A stretch of 32,000 nt of DNA, taken from the sequence record NC_008289.1; one strand, given 5' to 3'. Below are positions 15,149-25,269 of this stretch, piece by piece; the first letter of the stretch is position 1, and each line of letters begins with the position of its first letter. The notes beneath the pieces are model-generated. The model made no database searches, was not told the origin of the DNA, and saw only the letters and a program-made list of their open reading frames with translations. The translations under genes and the position numbers were made by a program.

Positions 15149-15567
15149 GTCCAAAACGAACAAAATATCGTAAACCTCACCGTGGAAACCGTAAAGGACA
15201 AGCACTTCGTGGAAATAAAATCTCTTTCGGAGATTTTGCTCTTCAAGCACTTGAGCCAGGTTGGATCACTTCACGTCAAATTGAAGCGGGTCGACGTGCT
15301 ATGAGTCGTTATGCGAAGCGTGGTGGGAAATTATGGATTCGTATGTTCCCAGATCGTTCAATCACAGCTCGTGCAGCAGAAACACGTATGGGTGCTGGTA
15401 AAGGTGCCCCAGATTATTGGGTATGTATTGTAAAACCAGGAAAGATTCTTTATGAACTTGCTGGTGTGCCAGAAACAATCGCTCGTGCATCGATGCGTAT
15501 TGCGGCATACAAGATGCCTGTCAAAACTAAATTTCTTGTGCGTGACGAATATGTTGCGCCACAATAA
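15142..15567 (+). CDS. rpl16: Ribosomal protein L16 (no intron)
   Basis: 141 aa starting [21 protein letters not shown]. The start overlaps the rps3 stop by 7 nt (ATGTTAA). A GGGGGAG SD-like motif lies at 15130-15136. Confidence 0.97.
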   Translation: MLSPKRTKYRKPHRGNRKGQALRGNKISFGDFALQALEPGWITSRQIEAGRRAMSRYAKRGGKLWIRMFPDRSITARAAETRMGAGKGAPDYWVCIVKPGKILYELAGVPETIARASMRIAAYKMPVKTKFLVRDEYVAPQ

Positions 15568-15606
15568 GATTTAGTATTAAATTTAATCTTATAATTTTTA
15601 ATTTAT

Positions 15607-15966
15607 ATGATTCAACCACAGACATATCTCGAGGTTGCGGACAATAGTGGAGCACGTAAATTAATGTGTATTCGCGTATTGAACCGTAAAATTGGACATA
15701 TTGGTGATGTAATCATTGCTGTCGTAAAAGAAGCATTGCCTAACATGCCAATTAAAAAGTCCGAAGTTGTTCGTGCAGTCATTGTACGTACAGCACACAC
15801 TATTCAACGTGACAACGGTATGTCAATTCGTTTTGACGATAATGCCGCGGTTATTATTAACAAAGAGGGAAACCCACGTGGTACACGTGTTTTCGGTCCA
15901 ATCGCACGTGAATTACGTGAACGCGATTTTATGAAGATTGTTTCTCTCGCACCAGAAGTTCTTTAA
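15607..15966 (+). CDS. rpl14: Ribosomal protein L14
   Basis: 119 aa starting [25 protein letters not shown]. Confidence 0.98.
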   Translation: MIQPQTYLEVADNSGARKLMCIRVLNRKIGHIGDVIIAVVKEALPNMPIKKSEVVRAVIVRTAHTIQRDNGMSIRFDDNAAVIINKEGNPRGTRVFGPIARELRERDFMKIVSLAPEVL

Positions 15967-15976
15967 CTTTATTTGT

Positions 15977-16531
15977 ATGATTCAACGACTTCAAAACTTG
16001 TACTTAACAAAAGTACAAACAACTCTTACAGAACAATTTCAGTACAAGAATACTCACGAAATCCCACGTCTTGAGAAAATCGTTATCAACCGTGGAGTAG
16101 GAAGTGCATCTCAGAATACAAAGTTACTTGAATCTTTAGCAGACGAATTAACCATTTTAGCCGGGCAGCGTCCTATTGTTAAACGTGCAAAGAAAGCAAT
16201 TGCTGGATTTGGGGTTCGTGAAGATATGCCAATTGGTTTAACAGTGACACTCCGTGGAGAGCGTATGTATGCATTCTACGATCGTCTTGTAAATCTTGCA
16301 CTTCCACGTATTCGTGACTTCCAAGGTATTAGTCCAAAAAATTTTGATGGACACGGAAACTATACACTTGGACTTACTGAACAATTAATGTTCCCTGAAG
16401 TAAGTTATGAACAGATTGATCAAGTTTGTGGTATGGACATTTCAATTGTTACAACTGCATCAACAGATCGAGAAGGTCATGGTTTATTAAAGGAACTTGG
16501 TATGCCTTTCAAAGCAGGTTCAGTAAACTAA
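15977..16531 (+). CDS. rpl5: Ribosomal protein L5
   Basis: Homology starts at the internal ATG 15977 ([13 protein letters not shown]...) of ORF 15938..16531. The longer ORF would overlap the end of rpl14. Confidence 0.93.
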   Translation: MIQRLQNLYLTKVQTTLTEQFQYKNTHEIPRLEKIVINRGVGSASQNTKLLESLADELTILAGQRPIVKRAKKAIAGFGVREDMPIGLTVTLRGERMYAFYDRLVNLALPRIRDFQGISPKNFDGHGNYTLGLTEQLMFPEVSYEQIDQVCGMDISIVTTASTDREGHGLLKELGMPFKAGSVN

Positions 16532-16559
16532 GGGTTTATTTTTTATTTTATTGACAAAC

Positions 16560-16928
16560 ATGGTAAACGACACAATTAGTGATATGCTTACACGATTACG
16601 CAATGCGTATCTTGCTGATAAAGAACAAACTTCTTTAAAAGCAACTCGTGTAGTGAAAGATATTGCCCAAGTATTAGTGCAAGAAGGTTTTCTTGGTCCA
16701 ATTGAACAAGAAGAAAATGGGTTTTTCACCGTTAACTTAAAACGTGGTGTAAAACAATTTGAACGCGTAAGTACTCCTGGAGTTCGTGTATATGCGAACC
16801 ACAAACAACTCCAACCAGTATTAAATGGAATGGGAGTAGCTGTCATTTCTACATCACAAGGAATCATGACTGACCGTAAAGCTCGCGCTTTAGGGATTGG
16901 CGGTGAGGTTCTTTGTAAAATTTGGTAG
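16560..16928 (+). CDS. rps8: Ribosomal protein S8
   Basis: MVNDTISDMLTRLRNAYLA is the canonical uS8 N-terminus, from ATG 16560. The ORF-track start at 16551 is a TTG three codons upstream. Confidence 0.95.
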   Translation: MVNDTISDMLTRLRNAYLADKEQTSLKATRVVKDIAQVLVQEGFLGPIEQEENGFFTVNLKRGVKQFERVSTPGVRVYANHKQLQPVLNGMGVAVISTSQGIMTDRKARALGIGGEVLCKIW

Positions 16929-16931
16929 GTT

Positions 16932-17168
16932 ATGGCAAGCAATCGCGAACTTATTGAAATGGAAGGGGTTGTAGTAGAATCACTTCCAAATGCTATGTTT
17001 CAAGTTGAACTAGAGAATGGTTTTCAAGTTCTTGCACACATTTCTGGTAAAATTCGACGTAATTCTATTAAAATTCTCCTTGGAGATCGAGTAACCGTTG
17101 AATTAACACCGTATGATCTTACGAAAGGTCGCATTATTTATCGTTTACGAAAAGATCGAACGCAATAA
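16932..17168 (+). CDS. infA: Translation initiation factor IF-1
   Basis: 78 aa: [63 protein letters not shown]. This is an intact S1-fold IF1. Confidence 0.96.
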   Translation: MASNRELIEMEGVVVESLPNAMFQVELENGFQVLAHISGKIRRNSIKILLGDRVTVELTPYDLTKGRIIYRLRKDRTQ

Positions 17169-17221
17169 TTTTTGCATCTTTAGTTTGATTTGATAACTAG
17201 TTATTTAGCAATACTTTTATT

Positions 17222-17614
17222 ATGGCAACAAAACAGCGTAAAGTTACGCAAAAGAAATCACGTCGCAAAGTTCAACGTGGAGTAGTTCACATTTTAGCGA
17301 CGTTTAACAATACATTAGTAACTATCAGTGATCGTTCTGGTCTTGTTATTGCATCGTCATCTGCTGGTGCTTGCGGGTTCCGTGGGGCACGAAAAGGAAC
17401 GCCATTTGCTGCACAAACTGCATCTGAAGAAGCTGTTCGTAAAGCTCTTGATTACGGTTTAAAATATGTGGATGTAATGGTAAAAGGTCCTGGAGCTGGT
17501 CGTGAAATGGCAATTCGTGCTCTTCAACAGCTTGGATTAGGGGTTACTTTAATTCGTGACGTTACTCCATTACCACACAATGGTTGTCGTCCTCCGAAGA
17601 AGCGTCGTGTATAA
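17222..17614 (+). CDS. rps11: Ribosomal protein S11
   Basis: 130 aa: [20 protein letters not shown]...[14 protein letters not shown]...[16 protein letters not shown]. Confidence 0.97.
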
Positions 17615-17687
17615 TTTATACACAACTTGCTTTTTAGGAATCTCAGCCAAACGATTCTAATGCCAATCTTTCTATTCTATTTATTTT

Positions 17688-18758
17688 ATGATTAAAGCAG
17701 CGGCAACACTTAAATCATTACAATACCGTCAAAATAGTTTAACGGATTGTTATGGTCGATTGAGTTTTGGTCCAGTAAATCCCGGGCAAGGATTAACGAT
17801 TGGTAATACGCTTCGCCGTATTTTATTAAACGATCTTCCTGGAATTGGGGTTATTGGTGCCGAAATTAACGGTGTTCAGAGTGAGTTTTCGACTCTCCCT
17901 GGAATCCGAGAATCTGTAATTGAGATTTTTTTAAATCTTCGTGAACTCATTTTTACTCCGACAGCAACTTGTGCACAAAAAGTAAAACAAACCAAACCGT
18001 TTGTTTATGCAAAGCTAAACTCGGAATTAAAAATTGATAATTTCCCGTATGTAGTAACTGCAAAAGACTTACATATTCCTGAATATGAATTCGTTGATCC
18101 CAACCAACAAATTGCAACAATTTTATCACCAACAGCTGCTGAAAACTTTAAATTAACTCTTTTAATTGGACAAGGTCGTGGGTATCAATCATGGAAAAAG
18201 TTACCGGGTGTGCCCCAACTTATGGATCAACGCTTTTTCGAACAATTTGATTCAACGCAAACAAATTCGAAATCAGTAACTTTCCCAATTGATGCGATTT
18301 TTATGCCAATTCGACAAGTTAATTTTACAGTTCAAGAACATTCTGTTGATGGTGAATATATCTATTTTGAAGTTTGGACCAATGGTAGCATCAACCCATT
18401 TGATGCAGTGAAATCTGCGGCGAAAGTTGGTATGAAATTAATGACAGCTTGTCTTACTACGTTACAAGATCAACAAGTTTATCTCGACGAATCAAAACTT
18501 CCAGAGACTCCTAATTTTGTACAAGTTAATTACAATAAAATGGAATCAGAGAGTAATTTCGATCAAATTTTTATTGAACAATTAGAACTTTCGCTTCGTG
18601 CATACAATTGCTTAAAGCGTGCTAATATTTTAACATTGGCAGATTTATCGCAGCAGTCTTTTCGAGACTTGATGAAACTTCGAAATTTCGGTCAAAAATC
18701 TGCCGATGAAGTTCGTGCCGCATTAAGTACTTACGGAATCGAATTAAAAGAAGATTAA
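17688..18758 (+). CDS. rpoA: RNA polymerase alpha subunit
   Basis: 356 aa with GQGLTIGNTLRRILLNDLPG in the N-terminal domain and LELSLRAYNCLKRANILTLADL...LRNFGQKSADEV in the C-terminal HhH domain. Confidence 0.95.
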   Translation: MIKAAATLKSLQYRQNSLTDCYGRLSFGPVNPGQGLTIGNTLRRILLNDLPGIGVIGAEINGVQSEFSTLPGIRESVIEIFLNLRELIFTPTATCAQKVKQTKPFVYAKLNSELKIDNFPYVVTAKDLHIPEYEFVDPNQQIATILSPTAAENFKLTLLIGQGRGYQSWKKLPGVPQLMDQRFFEQFDSTQTNSKSVTFPIDAIFMPIRQVNFTVQEHSVDGEYIYFEVWTNGSINPFDAVKSAAKVGMKLMTACLTTLQDQQVYLDESKLPETPNFVQVNYNKMESESNFDQIFIEQLELSLRAYNCLKRANILTLADLSQQSFRDLMKLRNFGQKSADEVRAALSTYGIELKED

Positions 18759-18799
18759 TCAATACATTTATAACTCACTTAACTTAAAGGAGATTTTTT

Positions 18800-19183
18800 A
18801 TGCAAGTTTGGTCCGCTACAGGGCGTCGAAAGCGAGCGGTAGCTCAAGTTCGAATTTGCTCACCTGGGACAGGAACAATTAAAGTAAATCAAGTGGATGC
18901 AGAACAGTACTTACAGGGTGCATATGCAAATATTTTAAAACCATTTGAAAAACTTCAATTAGATGCAACTTACGATATTTTTATTCGTACAGAAGGTGGG
19001 GGGTTAACCGGTCAGTCAGACGCAATCCGTCTTGGTTGTGCTCGTGCCCTTTGTATGATGAACTCAGAGTACCGTACTCCACTTAAGAGTGCTGGTTTCC
19101 TTACTCGTATTGCGCTTAAGAAAGAGCGTAAGAAGTATGGTTTAAAGAAAGCTCGTAAGGCACCACAGTTCTCAAAGCGTTAA
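18800..19183 (+). CDS. rps9: Ribosomal protein S9
   Basis: 127 aa: [14 protein letters not shown]...[19 protein letters not shown]...[21 protein letters not shown]. An AAGGAG SD motif at 18787-18792 lies 7 nt before the ATG. Confidence 0.96.
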
Positions 19184-19205
19184 TTTATTTATTTTTAACA
19201 TTTAA

Positions 19206-19269
19206 AAGTAGTTTTTTCCTTAATTTAAAGTGTCTTTTTTTTAAGTTACTAAATTAAGGAAAACTACTT
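19206..19269 (+). terminator. Long imperfect stem-loop closing the ribosomal-protein/rpoA/rps9 unit
   Basis: AAGTAGTTTTTTCCTTAATTTA (19206-19227) pairs with TAAATTAAGGAAAACTACTT (19250-19269): 20 bp with a 2-nt T bulge. Confidence 0.55.
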
Positions 19270-19308
19270 GAAACCTCTATAGGTTTATTCTATACTCAAA
19301 ACAGATAT

Positions 19309-19389
19309 GTCTTAGTGGTGGAATGGTAGACACGCAAGCTTGAGGGGTTTGTGCTTTACGGCGTGGAGGTTCGAGTCCTCTCTAAGACA
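19309..19389 (+). tRNA. trnL: tRNA-Leu (anticodon GAG), class II
   Basis: 81 nt: acceptor GTCTTAG/CTAAGAC, 3-bp D-stem GTG/CAC, anticodon stem CAAGC/GTTTG, loop TTGAGGG (U33, G34-A35-G36, G37), long variable arm, T-arm GGAGG-TTCGAGT-CCTCT. Confidence 0.88.
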
Positions 19390-19418
19390 TGACCTATTTT
19401 TATAGGGATCAATTCAAT

Positions 19419-19499
19419 GGGTCGATGCCCGAGTGGTTAATGGGGACGGACTGTAAATCCGTTGGCTTGCCTACACTGGTTCAAATCCAGTTCGGCCCA
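19419..19499 (+). tRNA. trnY: tRNA-Tyr (anticodon GUA), class II
   Basis: 81 nt: acceptor GGGTCGA/TCGGCCC, anticodon stem ACGGA/TCCGT, loop CTGTAAA, long variable arm, T-arm ACTGG-TTCAAAT-CCAGT. Confidence 0.92.
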
Positions 19500-19510
19500 A
19501 TCGATAAAAC

Positions 19511-19593
19511 GTGGCTGTGGTGGAATGGTAGACACTGGAGACTTAAAATCTCCTGCCGGTGACGGCGTGAGGGTTCAATTCCCTCCAGCCACA
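19511..19593 (+). tRNA. trnL: tRNA-Leu (anticodon UAA), uninterrupted (no group I intron)
   Basis: 83 nt: acceptor GTGGCTG/CAGCCAC, anticodon stem GGAGA/TCTCC, loop CTTAAAA, long variable arm, T-arm GAGGG-TTCAATT-CCCTC. Confidence 0.93.
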
Positions 19594-19704
19594 ATTAAAA
19601 TAATTAAATTTTTTTGAAAAATAGAAAAATAAAAAATGTGCGTTTCTTATTTTTAAAAATAAGGTATGATGAGAGTGTGAAACATCAAAGCACGGAGACA
19701 GGTG

Positions 19705-20415
19705 ATGAATTTCCTTTACGACATTTCCGCTGTAGAAATTGGTCAACATTTCTATTGGAGTCTTGGCGGATTCCAAATGCACGGACAAGTACTTATTAAT
19801 TCATGGATTGTACTCGGACTTATTATTGCGTTTGCAGTAACAACAACTCGTGATTTAAAACCAGTTCCAGAAGGTGGACAAAACCTTGCTGAATTTGTTG
19901 TAGAGTACATTCGTGACATTGCAAAAACTCAAGTTGGACACGACTATTTAGAATGGACACCATTCATTGGAACGTTATTCTTATTTATTTTCGTTTCAAA
20001 TTGGTCTGGAGCTTTAATCCCATGGAAGCTTATTGAACTTCCACACGGTGAACTTGGAGCACCAACAAATGACATTAACACAACTGTAGCCCTCGCTCTT
20101 CTTACATCATTAACATATTTCTATGCTGGATTAAAGAAGAAAGGATTAGAGTACTTTGGAAAGTATGTTCAACCAACCCCGATCTTACTTCCAATTAACG
20201 TGTTAGAGGACTTTACGAAGCCATTATCATTAAGTTTCCGTCTTTTTGGAAACATTCTTGCAGATGAGCTCGTAGTAGCAGTACTCGTATCATTAGTTCC
20301 TCTTGTGATTCCGATCCCACTCATTTTCCTCGGATTATTTACTAGTGGAATCCAAGCATTAATTTTTGCAACACTTGCTGGAGCGTACATTGGAGAAGCA
20401 CTTGAAGGACACTAA
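19705..20415 (+). CDS. atpI: ATP synthase CF0 subunit a (IV)
   Basis: [20 protein letters not shown]...[19 protein letters not shown] 19705 is preferred over the adjacent GTG 19702. A GGAGA motif lies at 19694-19698. Confidence 0.97.
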   Translation: MNFLYDISAVEIGQHFYWSLGGFQMHGQVLINSWIVLGLIIAFAVTTTRDLKPVPEGGQNLAEFVVEYIRDIAKTQVGHDYLEWTPFIGTLFLFIFVSNWSGALIPWKLIELPHGELGAPTNDINTTVALALLTSLTYFYAGLKKKGLEYFGKYVQPTPILLPINVLEDFTKPLSLSFRLFGNILADELVVAVLVSLVPLVIPIPLIFLGLFTSGIQALIFATLAGAYIGEALEGH

Positions 20416-20510
20416 GCATTAAAAGATGCTTTAAGTTTTGATCTTGGATTAAACTTTTGCATCACTCAATGCAATAAAACTCAAATGCCTCACCAGAACT
20501 TCCTTTCCAT

Positions 20511-20536
20511 TTTTTCCCGGACGTCTCCGGGGGAAA
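20511..20536 (+). other. GC-cored stem-loop in the middle of the atpI-atpH spacer
   Basis: CCCGGA (20516-20521) pairs with TCCGGG (20526-20531), loop CGTC. Flanking T/A and T/G pairs extend the stem to 20511-20536. Confidence 0.4.
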
Positions 20537-20578
20537 GGATTTTATTAAAGGCATTGGGTAAAACCCCAGTATAAATAA

Positions 20579-20902
<324 letters not shown>

Positions 20903-20931
20903 TTACTTTTTTGTAATTCTATTAGAAACAA

Positions 20932-20975
20932 TGTTTCTTATGGCAGTTTTTAGTATTATCAGCTGCCAAGAAACA
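20932..20975 (+). terminator. Stem-loop 3' of atpH
   Basis: TGTTTCT..TGGCAG (20932-20946) pairs with CTGCCAAGAAACA (20963-20975): 13 bp with a 2-nt bulge and a 16-nt loop. Confidence 0.5.
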
Positions 20976-21085
20976 GAATCAGCAAAAAAAATTTGTTGAT
21001 ACATTACGATATTCGTAATTTTTTTTATTAGTTTTTTTAGAAAAAATTAATTTAATACAAATTCCAAATCATCTGGAGGTTTTGA

Positions 21086-21592
21086 ATGGTATCACTTGCA
21101 GAAGGTTTCGGTTTCAACACTAATATTCTTGAAACGAACGTTCTTAACCTTGCCGTTGTTCTTCCAATTGTATTTACACTCGGGCGTGACACACTCACAT
21201 CTATGTTAGATACACGTCGTGAAAAAATTCTTGGAAGTCTTCGTAGTGCTGATGATCGCTTTAAACAAGCTCAATTAGAACTTGATACAGCGAAAGCAGA
21301 ACTTGCGACTGCAAACGACAAAGTAAAAGATATTAAAAGTGAGGGACGTAAAACTCTTGAGGCACTTACTGCTGAGCAAAGCTCACGTATGGCTGAAGTA
21401 GCAACTCGTTTTGCTGGTCTTAAAGATGAAACAATTCGTCTTGAAGAAGAGAAAGCAATTGCACAGTTCCGCAAGCAACTTGTTAATGTAGCGTTTGAGA
21501 AAGCAATTGTTGGGATTCAATCTCAAATGAATGCTTCACTTCACCGCAAATATATTGACGCTAAGATTTCACTTATGACTTCTCGTCTTTAA
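21086..21592 (+). CDS. atpF: ATP synthase CF0 subunit b (I), no intron
   Basis: 168 aa: GFGFNTNILETNVLNLAVVLPIVFTLGRDTL, then a long charged coiled region. A GGAGG motif at 21075-21079 lies 6 nt before the ATG. Confidence 0.92.
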   Translation: MVSLAEGFGFNTNILETNVLNLAVVLPIVFTLGRDTLTSMLDTRREKILGSLRSADDRFKQAQLELDTAKAELATANDKVKDIKSEGRKTLEALTAEQSSRMAEVATRFAGLKDETIRLEEEKAIAQFRKQLVNVAFEKAIVGIQSQMNASLHRKYIDAKISLMTSRL

Positions 21593-21606
21593 AGTAAATT
21601 TTAGTT

Positions 21607-21626
21607 TTTCCACCCATTGGTGGAAA
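21607..21626 (+). terminator. Short stem-loop 3' of atpF
   Basis: TTTCCACC (21607-21614) pairs with GGTGGAAA (21619-21626), loop CATT. A second weak hairpin, CGTTAA/TTAACG, lies at 21632-21646. Confidence 0.4.
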
Positions 21627-21747
21627 TTAAGCGTTAAAAATTAACGTTTAATACTTTACGAGCAAACAATATACTCGCTTTTGATAAATATGTTTAAGCT
21701 CTCCCAATATAAATGGGACGGTGTGCTCTTTAGCCACCAATCCGTGA

Positions 21748-23301
<1,554 letters not shown>

Positions 23302-23309
23302 TTAATTTT

Positions 23310-23358
23310 TTTGTTCTTTCTTTTGAACACCTTCAGTGTGTTCAAAAGAAAGAACAAA
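23310..23358 (+). terminator. Perfect 21-bp stem-loop 3' of atpA
   Basis: TTTGTTCTTTCTTTTGAACAC (23310-23330) pairs with GTGTTCAAAAGAAAGAACAAA (23338-23358), loop CTTCAGT. It starts 9 nt after the atpA stop. Confidence 0.7.
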
Positions 23359-23507
23359 TTTAAAATAAAAAAGTGACGAATAGTTATTAATATGGTAAAT
23401 TAGTTCCAAACAAATATATCTTATTTTTACTAATACTTAACCAGACTGATGAATTTGAAAGTTTGAGTCCCTATTGTATTTAGTTTATCTACCTATTTAA
23501 AAATCTC

Positions 23508-23810
23508 ATGGCAAAAAAGGCATTAATTGCGCGTGAAACAAAACGCCAAAAACTTGTTCAAAAATATGCAGCCAAGCGTCTTGAATTTAAAGAACGCATC
23601 CGTACTGCAGAGTCTATTCGTGAAGTGGTAAGTATCCAACGTGAATTCCAAGGGTTACCCCGTAACAGTTCAAAAGTACGTCTTAAGAACCGTTGTGCAA
23701 AGACTGGTCGACCAAAAGGGTATTACCGTGATTTCGGTCTTTCACGTCATGTATTACGTGAAATGGCGCACCAAGGGCTTCTTCCGGGAGTCCGTAAAGC
23801 AAGTTGGTAA
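23508..23810 (+). CDS. rps14: Ribosomal protein S14
   Basis: 100 aa: [20 protein letters not shown]...[43 protein letters not shown]. Confidence 0.97.
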   Translation: MAKKALIARETKRQKLVQKYAAKRLEFKERIRTAESIREVVSIQREFQGLPRNSSKVRLKNRCAKTGRPKGYYRDFGLSRHVLREMAHQGLLPGVRKASW

Positions 23811-23883
23811 TCAGAAAATAATTTCTTTGTCATAATTTCACTTGTTGACTTTTTGGCAAAGAAATTTCATAATATTCAAAAAA

Positions 23884-23955
23884 TGGGGCATAGCCAAGTG
23901 GTAAGGCGGCTGGTTTTGGTTCAGTTATTCCGAGGTTCGAGTCCTTGTGCCCCAG
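23884..23955 (+). tRNA. trnQ: tRNA-Gln (anticodon UUG)
   Basis: 72 nt: acceptor TGGGGCA/TGCCCCA (U1-A72), D-arm GCCAAGTGGTAAGGC, anticodon loop TTTTGGT, T-arm CGAGG-TTCGAGT-CCTTG. Confidence 0.92.
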
Positions 23956-23995
23956 ATTTAAAGGAAATTTCAATCTAAACAAATTATTAGTTCTC

Positions 23996-24919
23996 ATGAA
24001 GAAAAATTTATTCCTCGTAAGCGTATTTGCATCGCTTTTTGTTGGGACAGCTAACAACGCATTAGCTTACCCAATGTATGCCCAGCAAGGGTACGAAAAC
24101 CCACGTGAAGCCACTGGTCGTATTGTTTGTGCTAACTGTCACCTTGCACAAAAACCTGTTGATATTGAAGTACCGCAAGCAGTACTTCCAGATTCAGTTT
24201 TCGAAGCAGTTGTAAAAATTCCTTACAACCAAGAAGTTAAGCAAGTTCTTGGAAATGGGAAAAAAGGTGGCTTAAACGTTGGAGCAGTACTTATTCTCCC
24301 TGATGGGTTCACTATGGCTCCCGCTGATCGTATGTCTGCAGAGCTTAAAGAAAAAGTTGGAAAACTTTACTTCCAGCCATATAGTGAAGACAAGCAAAAC
24401 ATTCTTATTGTTGGTCCAGTACCAGGTAAAAAATATAGTGAGATGACTTTCCCACTTCTTTCACCTGATCCGGCAACTAACAAGAAGGTAAATTACCTTA
24501 CTTACCCAATTTACCTTGGTGGAAACCGTGGTCGTGGGCAAGTTTACCCAGATGGTAGCAAATCAAACAACACTGTTTATAATGCTGCAGCTGCAGGTAA
24601 AATTGCTGCAATTAACCCAACAGAAAAAGGAACTGATGTTGTAATTGATAAGGTTGATGGCGGCTCTGTGACTGTAGCGATTCCGTCTGGTCCAGATCTT
24701 TTAGTTTCAGTAGGTGACACTGTAGCCGCTGATCAGCCAATTACAAATAACCCTAATGTAGGTGGATTTGGGCAAGGAGAGACAGAAATTGTACTTCAAA
24801 ACCCAGCTCGTCTCCAAGGGCTTGTTATTTTCTTAGGATTTGTACTTATTGCACAAGTATTCCTTGTACTCAAGAAAAAGCAATTCGAGAAAGTACAGCT
24901 TTCAGAAATGAACTTCTAA
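23996..24919 (+). CDS. petA: Cytochrome f (apocytochrome f precursor)
   Basis: Start set at ATG 23996, giving a 24-aa signal peptide ending NNALA. Mature [27 protein letters not shown] follows (CxxCH haem site), with a C-terminal TM anchor. The longer ORF from 23945 would overlap trnQ. Confidence 0.96.
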   Translation: MKKNLFLVSVFASLFVGTANNALAYPMYAQQGYENPREATGRIVCANCHLAQKPVDIEVPQAVLPDSVFEAVVKIPYNQEVKQVLGNGKKGGLNVGAVLILPDGFTMAPADRMSAELKEKVGKLYFQPYSEDKQNILIVGPVPGKKYSEMTFPLLSPDPATNKKVNYLTYPIYLGGNRGRGQVYPDGSKSNNTVYNAAAAGKIAAINPTEKGTDVVIDKVDGGSVTVAIPSGPDLLVSVGDTVAADQPITNNPNVGGFGQGETEIVLQNPARLQGLVIFLGFVLIAQVFLVLKKKQFEKVQLSEMNF

Positions 24920-24942
24920 TGATTTTTTAAATTATTTTTAAG

Positions 24943-24971
24943 ATGTCTAGGGCAGTTACTGTCCTAGACGT
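24943..24971 (+). terminator. Stem-loop 3' of petA
   Basis: GTCTAGGGC (24945-24953) pairs with GTCCTAGAC (24961-24969): 9 bp including one G-U, loop AGTTACT. Two more pairs extend it to 24943/24971. Confidence 0.5.
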
Positions 24972-25213
24972 TACATGAAGATTATTCTGCTAAAAAATAA
25001 ACAACTCAATACTAAAATTGACCAAATTAAAATTTTTGTAAAAAGAAAAGCATTCTTATACTGAACAAAAATTCTTATTTCAAAAATTTGACGTGTGACT
25101 TTATCACGAAAACGCGTTTGTTGTGGGAGGCATACCACTACTAACAAACTCATGATACCTACGTATAAAATAAATCCGAAAATTCGCATTTTTACAATTT
25201 TTAATTGGATGTA

Positions 25214-25236
25214 CATGGGGGCTTAAAGCCCCCATG
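25214..25236 (-). terminator. GC-cored palindromic stem-loop 3' of psaB
   Basis: CATGGGGGC (25214-25222) pairs with GCCCCCATG (25228-25236). It lies 34 nt beyond the psaB stop. Confidence 0.55.
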
Positions 25237-25269
25237 AAATTAAAGCTCTAAATTAACATAAATACTAAT

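Noticed and set aside
16520-16942. 140-aa ORF antisense to the whole of rps8
   Set aside because: It is a shadow ORF exactly mirroring a well-supported sense gene. It has a Pro/Ser/Thr/Arg-rich nonsense-like sequence and no start context. The same applies to the antisense ORFs within rpoC1, rpoC2, rps2, psbA, rpl16, rpl14, atpI, atpF, psaA and psaB.
23820-23876. Inverted repeat AATTTCTTTG (23820-23829) / CAAAGAAATT (23867-23876) downstream of rps14
   Set aside because: The 10-bp stem has a 37-nt loop. It is thermodynamically weak and A/T-rich, so it is not convincing as a terminator.
23945-23995. N-terminal extensions suggested by the ORF track: petA from 23945, psaB from 27534, atpH from 20597, atpA from 21766, rpl5 from 15938, rps8 from 16551, atpI from 19702
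   Set aside because: The extensions overlap a tRNA (petA/trnQ) or the upstream gene (psaB/psaA, rpl5/rpl14), or use TTG/GTG starts, and they lack homology. Canonical N-termini begin at internal ATGs, several of which have SD-like motifs.
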